A DNA stretch of 15,120 bases from Candidatus Sumerlaeia bacterium (GTDB lineage Bacteria > Sumerlaeota > Sumerlaeia > SLMS01 > JANRJK01): NCBI GenBank assembly GCA_033764015.1, contig JANRJK010000025.1, positions 1 to 15,120 on the forward strand, written 5' to 3'. Shown in pieces: positions 1 through 6,888 of the stretch (the first letter of the stretch is position 1; the number at the start of each line of letters is the position of its first letter). Position numbers and translations under genes: made by a program. The notes below the pieces were generated by a model that saw only the letters and a list, made by a program, of their open reading frames with translations, did not search any database and had not been told where the DNA came from.

Positions 1-219
1 GTGCGGGGAGGGGGGCGGGGCGAGGCGCGGCGCCGCGGGTTGCCGCGCCTGCGCCCGCGCGGCGGGCTGCGAAAGCCGCATCGCGAGCGCCGTGAAATCG
101 GGCGCGTCGTCGCGCGGCGCGGCGGCCGTCGTGTCGTAGCCGAAGACCGGCTGGCCGTCGCCGGGGTGCGCCCAGGCCAGCGGCGCGCCCTCGTCCTTCG
201 CGGGTGCGGGATCGCTCAC
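1..219 (-). CDS. 5' part of a hypothetical protein (runs off the left edge)
   Basis: GTG at 219-217 lies 13 nt after the stop of the 233..1471 gene. The frame stays open to position 1 and reads (M)SDPAPAKDEGAPLAWAHPGDGQPVFGYDTTAAAPRDDAPDFTALAMRLSQPAARAQARQPAAPRLAPPPSPH with GC-third-position codons. Translated by hand; not in the ORF track. Confidence 0.55.
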   Translation of the reverse strand, partial: MSDPAPAKDEGAPLAWAHPGDGQPVFGYDTTAAAPRDDAPDFTALAMRLSQPAARAQARQPAAPRLAPPPSPH

Positions 220-232
220 GGGGCGGGGCGCG

Positions 233-1471
233 TCACTCGAACGCGAAGTTCGGGTTCAGCTTCTTCGTCTGCGTCTCGACGCTCGAGACCAGCTCGTTGA
301 GCTGCGCCGTGACGCGGTTCAGCGCGTTCTGCGTGTCGGTGACGCGGGCGTCCTGCGCGGAGCGCTCGAACTTCACGTGCTCGATGGCGGCGTTCGAGAA
401 GGCGACCAGGCTGGAGGCGACGCGGCGGCGCAGGTCCTCGCCGCCGGCGTTCATCCCGCCCGCGTAGTCCCCCTTCTCGTTCAGCAGCTCGACCATGCGC
501 ACCGCGGCGCGCTGCGTCTCGACCGCCGCGTTGTACGCGCGCTCGTAGATCGCCACCGACTGCTGGCGGTACACGGTGTCCGCCACGATGGGGGGCTGGT
601 ACGTCTCGGAAATCAGCAGGGACTGGGGAATCGCTATGGTGAGCGACTCCGCCATGGCGCGGTCCACCGGGAGGATCTCGACGCTGTAGCCGAGCTCCGC
701 GCCGCGGGCGGCGGTGATGAGGCCCATCAGGCCCGGCACGCGGATGCGGCGGCGGTCCGCGTCGTCGCGGGGGCCGCCGAGCGAATCGGCGAACTCCTCG
801 CGCGCGCGGTTCACCTTGCCGGAGAGCGCCGACTCGCGCGCGATGCCGTCCACGCGCACCACGCGCAGCTCGCGCAGCCGGTCCTCCAGCTCGGAGGCGG
901 CGAAGGTGTAGTCCAGGGCGACCACCTCGTCGATGCGCCAGTCGGCGATCTGGAACGTCGCGTAGTCCGGGTGCGTCGCCGACTTGAGCGTGATGTAGGC
1001 GTTGGACCAGAAGATGCCCGAGGCGTTCTTCACGTTCAGCTCGACGCGGATGATCTCGGGAGTCGGGAAGGTGCGGCGGGTGACGCCGAGGGGGTACAGC
1101 TCCGGCGCGGGGGGCGGCGTCGTCACGGCGGCCGTCTGGGCGCCGACGGCGTTGGCGCGGCGCAGCTCCGCGCCGGCCTTGCCGAGCAGTTCGGCCTCGC
1201 GGCGGCGGCGCTCTTCGATCTCGGCGCGGCTGGGGGGCGGCTTCGGCGTCTCCCGCGGGGCCGGAGTGGCGTCCGGCTCCGGAGCGGTGTCGGCCGCCAC
1301 CTCGACCGGCGCCGGCGTCGGCGTCGGCGTCGGGGGGGGCGGCGCGGGCTTGCCGCGGACCAGCTCGCGGAGCGCGCGCTTGGATTCGGCGGGCTTCATG
1401 ATCACGTAGGTGAACATCGCCGCTGTCGCCAGCAGCAAGATGAGGAAGATCGCCTGCAGGGCCTTCAGCAT
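233..1471 (-). CDS. Hypothetical membrane-anchored protein, 412 aa: N-terminal TM helix, Pro/Thr-rich linker, beta-rich middle, helical C-terminus
   Basis: Hydrophobic N-terminus (AIFLILLLATAAMFTYVIM) followed by PAPPPPTPTPTPAP. Amino-acid composition is natural, unlike the Arg/Gly-rich shadow ORFs in the other frames. No family recognised. Confidence 0.85.
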   Translation of the reverse strand: MLKALQAIFLILLLATAAMFTYVIMKPAESKRALRELVRGKPAPPPPTPTPTPAPVEVAADTAPEPDATPAPRETPKPPPSRAEIEERRRREAELLGKAGAELRRANAVGAQTAAVTTPPPAPELYPLGVTRRTFPTPEIIRVELNVKNASGIFWSNAYITLKSATHPDYATFQIADWRIDEVVALDYTFAASELEDRLRELRVVRVDGIARESALSGKVNRAREEFADSLGGPRDDADRRRIRVPGLMGLITAARGAELGYSVEILPVDRAMAESLTIAIPQSLLISETYQPPIVADTVYRQQSVAIYERAYNAAVETQRAAVRMVELLNEKGDYAGGMNAGGEDLRRRVASSLVAFSNAAIEHVKFERSAQDARVTDTQNALNRVTAQLNELVSSVETQTKKLNPNFAFE

Positions 1472-1587
1472 CGCCGGAACTCTTTCGCCGCGTGGCCCGG
1501 AGCGCGTCGGCGCCGGGCGCGTTCGTTATCGGGTGGATTTCTGGACCCGGGCGGCAATCGCGACAACGGAAAAGCGGCTGGCGCTCC

Positions 1588-1621
1588 GCTTTCCCCACCC
1601 GCTCAGCGCGGTGGGGAAAGC
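1588..1621. other. 12-bp inverted repeat / stem-loop (possible terminator or protein-binding site)
   Basis: GCTTTCCCCACC (1588-1599) is the perfect reverse complement of GGTGGGGAAAGC (1610-1621). No poly-U tail on either strand. Confidence 0.5.
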
Positions 1622-1658
1622 TCCGCCTCCGCCGGGACCGGCGTCCCGGCCCGCGCCA

Positions 1659-1769
1659 TCATCGGGATATCCCCCGCCATGGCGACCGGCGACGCCGGGG
1701 CATCGGCAGGTTCGCCCCCACCGTCAACAGCACCAGCCCCGGCACCAGCCAACCGATCGAAACGAGCAT
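1659..1769 (-). pseudogene. 36-aa hydrophobic sORF; possible remnant of a CaCA (YrbG-like Na+/Ca2+ antiporter) N-terminus, or a small membrane peptide
   Basis: ATG 1769 to TGA 1659 gives MLVSIGWLVPGLVLLTVGANLPMPRRRRSPWRGISR. The first 21 aa resemble the GLvLL..GAd.L first helix of YrbG-type antiporters (by eye only). Confidence 0.25.
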
Positions 1770-1872
1770 CTGGACAATAGGGCTCCCTGGCTCCCCGAAC
1801 AACGTGCGCGGGGGAAACCCGCCTGCCGGTCAATGGCAAGACGACATGGTCGGGCTGATCTTCGGGGCCTGC

Positions 1873-2550
1873 TCAGACCTTCTTGCGTTCCCGCTGGAGG
1901 CCGGCGCGATCAAGGACCGCGACGCGGCGCCGCATGGATTGAATGTGGCCCGAGCAGGCGAACTCGCCAAGGATCCGGGTCACCTGCTCGCGCGAGATCC
2001 CCACCAGGGCCCCGAGCTGCGCGTGCGAAAGGGAGATCGGTTCCTTCGGATTCGAGTTGGTGAGTTCCAGCAGCAGGCTGGCCAGCTTCTGCCGGCTCGT
2101 CTGGTAGAGCAGGCTGGCGAGGCGCACCTCGTAGCGCCGCGCCCGGAGGCCCAGCATCCGGGCCACCTCGACGGCGACGCCGGGCCACTGTGCGAGCATC
2201 CCTTCGAAGTACTCCCGACTGAACGCGAGCAAGGTCGCGGCGGGGGCGGCGCGCAGGTTCAGTTCCTCGTCCCCCGGATCGCGGGTGTCGCGATGGTCCA
2301 GCCATCCCCAACAATCGCCCGCCTCGAGAACATTGACGATCACGCGCCTCCCGCCGGGGAGACAGCCCACCACCTCGAGGCTCCCCGAGACGACCACATA
2401 CACCTCGCGGCGGGAGCGCTTCGACGGACGGAGCAGCGCGCCGGCGGAAAGCTCGCGTGTCGCGCCGTTCGACACCACCGACGACTCGCACTCCTCGCCG
2501 AGCTGCGAAAACATCGGCAGACTTCTCGGGAACCAGACATCCTCCGCCAT
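1873..2550 (-). CDS. Crp/Fnr family transcriptional regulator, 225 aa
   Basis: N-terminal cNMP-binding-like beta-barrel (LPMFSQL, VYVVVSGSLEV, VLEAGDCWG), C-helix, and C-terminal HTH LSHAQLGALVGISREQVTRILGEF. ATG 2550 has GGAG 7 nt upstream. The longer ORF-track start (2766) overlaps the divergent gene and is unlikely. Confidence 0.92.
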   Translation of the reverse strand: MAEDVWFPRSLPMFSQLGEECESSVVSNGATRELSAGALLRPSKRSRREVYVVVSGSLEVVGCLPGGRRVIVNVLEAGDCWGWLDHRDTRDPGDEELNLRAAPAATLLAFSREYFEGMLAQWPGVAVEVARMLGLRARRYEVRLASLLYQTSRQKLASLLLELTNSNPKEPISLSHAQLGALVGISREQVTRILGEFACSGHIQSMRRRVAVLDRAGLQRERKKV

Positions 2551-2620
2551 GCCCGCGCTCCAGTCGTCCGGGGGGGATTCACCTAGTGGCGAGGCTCCGC
2601 TCGACCGCTCTCGCTGGCAA

Positions 2621-2638
2621 CTGTGATCGGCGTCACAG
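2621..2638. promoter_or_regulatory. CRP-type operator CTGTGA-N6-TCACAG
   Basis: TGTGA (2622-2626), tcggcg, TCACA (2633-2637) is the exact CRP core consensus, extended by the C2621/G2638 pair. It lies in the divergent intergenic region next to a Crp-family gene. Confidence 0.85.
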
Positions 2639-2708
2639 AGACGGAGGGCCGTTCCCTCCACTTGTTGGTGGACAACCCAGACGGGTTGCATTCCGAAGGA
2701 GACTAGAC

Positions 2709-3971
2709 ATGGCACTTCGCAAAGCAATTTGCTCCGTCCTGGCAATTGCGGCCCTCGCCACCGCAACGGCCCAGGAGGCGAACCTGCGCATCACGGAGGT
2801 GGATCCCTCGACCGGCGTGGTCGAGGTCACGAACTTCGGTCCCGCTTTCACCCAAACCCTGACGCTGCCCTTCTGCTATCGATTCACATACCCAACCGCG
2901 TTCGCAGCCGGCACGAGCTGGACCGCCAATGAGGTGAAGACCGCGACGGTGTCGGGGCTCGATCCGGCGGACTCGGACTTGTGGCTCTACCTGCCGGGCG
3001 GCTTCGCGGACGGCAACAACATCATCCATGGCCTGAAGTGGGGCCCCCAGTCCGCCGTCGGCCGCATGGGCGCGGCGGCCGCCGCCACGCCGCCCCGATG
3101 GCCCGGAACCACCACCCACCTCCCCGCCCCGGGCGCGGGCCGGACGCTCGCCTGGAACGGCGACGCGGACGGCGGAGCCTTCGACACATCCTCGTGGTAC
3201 GTCGACGCGACCCCCTCTCTGGGAACCGCGGACGCGCCGACCACCGTTGGCGGCGTGGCCACGCCCCTCGCGTGGGAGAACACGGTGGAGAACTTCGAAG
3301 GACTGGCGCTCGGCGACTCGGTGGTCGGCCTGCAGGGCTGGCCGCTCGTGAACCCCAACGAGAACTTCTTCGTCCGCTCGGTCAACGACGTGCGTGGCTC
3401 CACCGCCGCCCCGCCCTTCAGCAGCACCAAGTGGCTGCGCATCTCGGACAACGACCCGACGAACTCGAACCGATTCTACTCGAACGCCATCGCAGCCCCC
3501 GGGATCCCCGCGACCTACACTTGGCGCTTCAGGCTGAACATCGAGGAGCTGCCCCCCACCGGCGGCTCCGCGTGGCCCCGCTTCACAGTCCAGCACGACG
3601 ACACCAGCGGCTTCGCCAACGCATGGGGCATCGAGATCCGCGACAGCGGCGCGTGGCTTGTGGTCACCGGCATCGGAGGCACGGCAGCCGCCGTCCCCTT
3701 CTACTCCTACACCTCCGGCCAGGCCGTGGGCGACTGGGTGCTGCTGGACCTCGTCGCGGACTTCCAGAACGGCGTCGTCCGCGCGCTGCTCAACGGCGGC
3801 GGCGAGGTGACTCTTCCGATCAACCTCGCTCCCTCCGCGGACCGCAGCCTCTTCCGCCTCTGCTACCGGGGGGAGGGCGCCAACAACACCGCTGTCTTCG
3901 CGCTGGACGACGTCCAGTTCCTCGGAACCCTTCCCTCGGCCTCCATCACGGGCTGGATGCTCTACCAGTAA
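2709..3971 (+). CDS. Secreted protein, 420 aa: Sec signal peptide, lamin-tail-like N-terminal domain, probable lectin/LamG-like beta-sandwich, short C-terminal W-x-x-Y tail
   Basis: AGGAG (2697-2701) precedes ATG 2709. Signal peptide MALRKAICSVLAIAALATATA|Q. LRITEV...VEVTN and a later PSLG resemble lamin-tail domains. Rich in Trp, Thr, Gly and Asn. Ends LPSASITGWMLYQ. The CDS is secure; the domain names are tentative. Confidence 0.85.
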   Translation: MALRKAICSVLAIAALATATAQEANLRITEVDPSTGVVEVTNFGPAFTQTLTLPFCYRFTYPTAFAAGTSWTANEVKTATVSGLDPADSDLWLYLPGGFADGNNIIHGLKWGPQSAVGRMGAAAAATPPRWPGTTTHLPAPGAGRTLAWNGDADGGAFDTSSWYVDATPSLGTADAPTTVGGVATPLAWENTVENFEGLALGDSVVGLQGWPLVNPNENFFVRSVNDVRGSTAAPPFSSTKWLRISDNDPTNSNRFYSNAIAAPGIPATYTWRFRLNIEELPPTGGSAWPRFTVQHDDTSGFANAWGIEIRDSGAWLVVTGIGGTAAAVPFYSYTSGQAVGDWVLLDLVADFQNGVVRALLNGGGEVTLPINLAPSADRSLFRLCYRGEGANNTAVFALDDVQFLGTLPSASITGWMLYQ

Positions 3972-3989
3972 CGGCCTCCCCCTCGCCAC

Positions 3990-4020
3990 GGACGCCCCCG
4001 CGACAATGTCGGGGGCGTCC
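3990..4020 (+). terminator. GC-rich hairpin 18 nt after the secreted-protein stop (terminator-like or mRNA-stabilising)
   Basis: GGACGCCCCC (3990-3999) pairs perfectly with GGGGGCGTCC (4011-4020). There is no U-tract, so a classical intrinsic terminator is uncertain. Confidence 0.45.
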
Positions 4021-4115
4021 ACCGGCGCCGCGCGCGGAGGCAACGGGCCGCGCGCGGCGCCTGGCGGCATCGAACCCCGTTGCCCCGGGCCCGACCGCGC
4101 GCGAGTCCTCGCCCC

Positions 4116-4415
4116 ATGTCGGACGCGTCCCGTTTCACCTACCCCCCGGCCCCGCCGCCCGCGGAGCGCTGGCGCACGATCCGCTTCTCCGTGCACCACG
4201 AGAACATCTTCACCGTGGTTTCCCTTTTCGAAGGCTACGACAACCACGCGATCGTCCGCACCATGGACCCGGCGAAGGGCATCCTCCACGTGTGGTACTG
4301 CGTGGACGCCGAGCTGCCGGTGAAGCGCCTGCTCGAGTGGATGGCGGGCCGCTTCCCGCTCGTGGTGCTGCAGGAGTCGCCGGGCATGCTGGGGATCGAC
4401 GGCGATGGCGGCTGA
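4116..4415 (+). CDS. DUF4911-like small protein, 99 aa
   Basis: IFTVVSLFEGYDNHAIVRTMDPAKGILHVW matches the E(G/S)Y...VRTxD...G pattern of DUF4911. Overlaps the next gene by 11 nt. Confidence 0.75.
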   Translation: MSDASRFTYPPAPPPAERWRTIRFSVHHENIFTVVSLFEGYDNHAIVRTMDPAKGILHVWYCVDAELPVKRLLEWMAGRFPLVVLQESPGMLGIDGDGG

Positions 4416-6882
4416 CGCGGGCGCGGCGCGCGGGCGGGCGCTGCTGGCGGCGGTGTTCCTCCTGACGGTGCTGGGGATGACGCCGTACACCGCGCGGCTG
4501 GACGATGTGAAGGAGCTGACCGCCGGCGTCGGCGGAGCGGCGCTGCTCTGCGCGGCGCTCTGGTGGCGGCCCGCCGGCGTTCCGCGCGGCGTGCGCCGGG
4601 CGCTCGGCTTCCTCGCGGCCTTCCTCGCGGCGCACGCCGCCTCGCTCGTCTCCGCGGGGCTGCCGTTCCTCGGCGGCGGAGGCATGGAGCGCTGGGCCGA
4701 CCCGCCGACGGACGCGCTGCTGCTGCGCCGCGCGGCGGTGCTGGAAGGCATCCCCGCCGCATGGGGCGTGCTGGCCCTCTCGGGCGTGCTGGTGGCGGGC
4801 GCGCTCTTCGTGCGCGGCGCGGGCGCCGCGCGCGGCGCGCTGCGGGTCGCCGTGGCGGCGGTTTGCGCCACCTCGCTGTTCGGCCTGTTCCACTACGGCG
4901 GCGGCTTCGGCGCGCTCTACGCGGCGATGGACCGCGGCGGCGCCGGCGACGGCGCGCTGGGTTCGATGTGCTTCACGTTCTCCCGCACGCGCGAAATGCT
5001 CTCGACGATCCTGAACACGCAGTTCTTCGGCAGCTTCCTCGTGGCGCTGCTGCCGCTGTGCGCGGGGTCGCTGATGCTCGAGTTCCGCGCGGCGCGGGCG
5101 CTCCGGGCCGCCTCGCAGCCGGCCGCCGCCGGCATGTCCGCCGCCGCCGCCGCCGCGTTCGCGCTCGCGGCGGGGACGCTCTGCGCCTACTTCACCTACC
5201 AGAAGAGCACCCTGCTCCTGCTGCCGGTCTCGCTCGGGCTGTTCGCGCTGCTCGCGTGGCGCGCGGGGGAGCTGCGCGCGCCGCAGCGCCACCGCGCCGA
5301 AGCGCTCGCCGTGGCGGCGTGCGCCCTGGCGACCCTGGCCTTCCAGGCGATGCTGACGAAGGCGGACCTCGCGCAGCGGCTGATCTCGATGGGGGCCAGC
5401 ATCGGCCCCCGGCGCATCATCTTCGGCGGCGCGCTGGCGCAGTGGCGCGATTTCCCGCTGCTCGGCTCCGGGCCCGGCAGCTTCGTCCTCTACTTCCCCA
5501 CCTACCGCGCGCCGGACTACCTCGACCACCGCATCTCGAACGTCACGGCGCACGCGCACAACTGGGCGCTGGGGCTGCTGGCGGAGGTGGGCCTCGCCGG
5601 TTTCCTCGCCTTCTGCGCGCTCCTCGCGGTTGCCGCGGGGGCGGGCTGGCGCGCGCTGCGGGGCGCGGAGGAGCCGGAGCGCCGCCTCGCCGCGGCGGCG
5701 CTGCTCGCGGGCCTCGCGTGCTACCTTGTCGGCAACCTGGCGGTGCCGATGTCGGAGTGGCCCGTCGGCGCGTTGCTGATGAACGCGCTGGTCGGCGCGC
5801 TGCTCGGCGTCGCCTGCTGGGGGCCGGAGCCCCCGCGCCCCGCCGCGCCGTCGCTGCGGGCCACCGTCGCGCTCGCCGCGGCGGCGGTGCTGCTCGTCGC
5901 CACGGCGGAGCAGCAGGCGCGGCTGTTCCGCGCGAAGACCGCGCACTCGGAGGGGCTGCTGCTGCGCCGCGAGGCGGACCGCAAGGCGGCGGGTTTCGCG
6001 GCCGGCGAGCCGCTGCCCCCCGCGATCCGCGACGACTACGCCCGCGCCATCGGGCACCTCGAGCGCGCCGCCCGCACCGCGCCCGGCTCCGACACGATGC
6101 TCTACCAGCTCGCCTACGCGTACAACCGGATCGGCGACTCCGAGCGCGCCCTCGCCGCCTACGAGGCGCTCCGCCGCGTGGCCCCCGACTACGCCGACGT
6201 GCACTACAACCTCGGCGTGATCCGCACCACGCTGGCGCTCGACCGGCAGGACGCCGGCGCGCCGGACGACAAGGTGCGCGCCCTCCTCGACGGCGGCGTG
6301 GCCGCGTTCCGCCGCGCCGCCGCGCAGACCGACCGCGTGGAGTTCCGCCAGCGCCTGGCGCTCGCGCTCTACATGCGAGCCCGCCTCGCCCACGGAACCG
6401 ACGCCGCGCGGGAGGACGCGCGCGAGGCCGCATTGCTCTACGGCGAAGTCGTCTCCGGCCCCGACGCGCGGCGCGACGACGCGCAGCGGCTCCGGGAGAA
6501 CGCGCTCCGCCGCGCGCCGGAGTCGTGGGAGATGGCGGGCGACCGCGAGGCCGCCGCCCGCGCGCACGAGACGCACTGGCGCGCCGAGCCGGGGTCGGTC
6601 CGCGCGCTCGCCGCCGCCTGGCAGGGCTACCGCGCCGCGGGGCTCGACGCGGAGGCGGAGCGGCTGCTCGCCGAAGCCGTGGCGCGCCAGCCGCTCCTGG
6701 CGCCGGTGCGGCTGCTGCAGTACCAGCGGCTCAAGGCGGCCGACCCCGCGCGCGCGCGCCGCCTGCTGGCCTTTCTACTCGCCCTTGGCGAACGGATGCC
6801 GCGCTTCTTGACGGACGACGAATCCGAGATGGTGCGCCGGGAACTCGAAGCCCCCGGCGACCCCGCGCCCACGGAGCCCTGA
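4405..6882 (+). CDS. O-antigen ligase-like (Wzy_C) polytopic membrane protein with C-terminal TPR repeats, 825 aa
   Basis: Many TM segments. PLLGSGPGSF and HAHNWALGLLAEVGLAG are hallmark Wzy_C motifs. TPR-like helices at YQLAYAYNRIGDSERALAAYE and PDYADVHYNLG. Confidence 0.88.
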   Translation: MAADAGAARGRALLAAVFLLTVLGMTPYTARLDDVKELTAGVGGAALLCAALWWRPAGVPRGVRRALGFLAAFLAAHAASLVSAGLPFLGGGGMERWADPPTDALLLRRAAVLEGIPAAWGVLALSGVLVAGALFVRGAGAARGALRVAVAAVCATSLFGLFHYGGGFGALYAAMDRGGAGDGALGSMCFTFSRTREMLSTILNTQFFGSFLVALLPLCAGSLMLEFRAARALRAASQPAAAGMSAAAAAAFALAAGTLCAYFTYQKSTLLLLPVSLGLFALLAWRAGELRAPQRHRAEALAVAACALATLAFQAMLTKADLAQRLISMGASIGPRRIIFGGALAQWRDFPLLGSGPGSFVLYFPTYRAPDYLDHRISNVTAHAHNWALGLLAEVGLAGFLAFCALLAVAAGAGWRALRGAEEPERRLAAAALLAGLACYLVGNLAVPMSEWPVGALLMNALVGALLGVACWGPEPPRPAAPSLRATVALAAAAVLLVATAEQQARLFRAKTAHSEGLLLRREADRKAAGFAAGEPLPPAIRDDYARAIGHLERAARTAPGSDTMLYQLAYAYNRIGDSERALAAYEALRRVAPDYADVHYNLGVIRTTLALDRQDAGAPDDKVRALLDGGVAAFRRAAAQTDRVEFRQRLALALYMRARLAHGTDAAREDAREAALLYGEVVSGPDARRDDAQRLRENALRRAPESWEMAGDREAAARAHETHWRAEPGSVRALAAAWQGYRAAGLDAEAERLLAEAVARQPLLAPVRLLQYQRLKAADPARARRLLAFLLALGERMPRFLTDDESEMVRRELEAPGDPAPTEP

Positions 6883-6888
6883 CGACCC

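Noticed and set aside
1314..1339. (GGCGTC)3 tandem repeat plus a G8 run, as a possible phase-variation tract
   Set aside because: It encodes the PPPTPTPTP linker in frame, and such short runs are expected at this GC content.
1724..1777. Minus-strand TTG-initiated 17-aa Cys/Trp-rich peptide (MSRCSFRSVGWCRGWCC), as a leader or RiPP precursor
   Set aside because: It is the shifted reading of the Leu/Val-rich 1659..1769 sORF, where CTG-GTG runs give TGG/TGC. No modifying enzymes are nearby.
2457..2766. ORF-track N-terminal extensions of the secreted protein (from 2457) and the Crp regulator (from 2766)
   Set aside because: They overlap each other and the CRP box. The internal ATGs at 2709 and 2550 have RBSs and give a proper signal peptide and domain start.
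5138..5156. (CCG)n trinucleotide run
   Set aside because: It encodes a poly-Ala stretch at a TM segment, which is ordinary in a high-GC gene.
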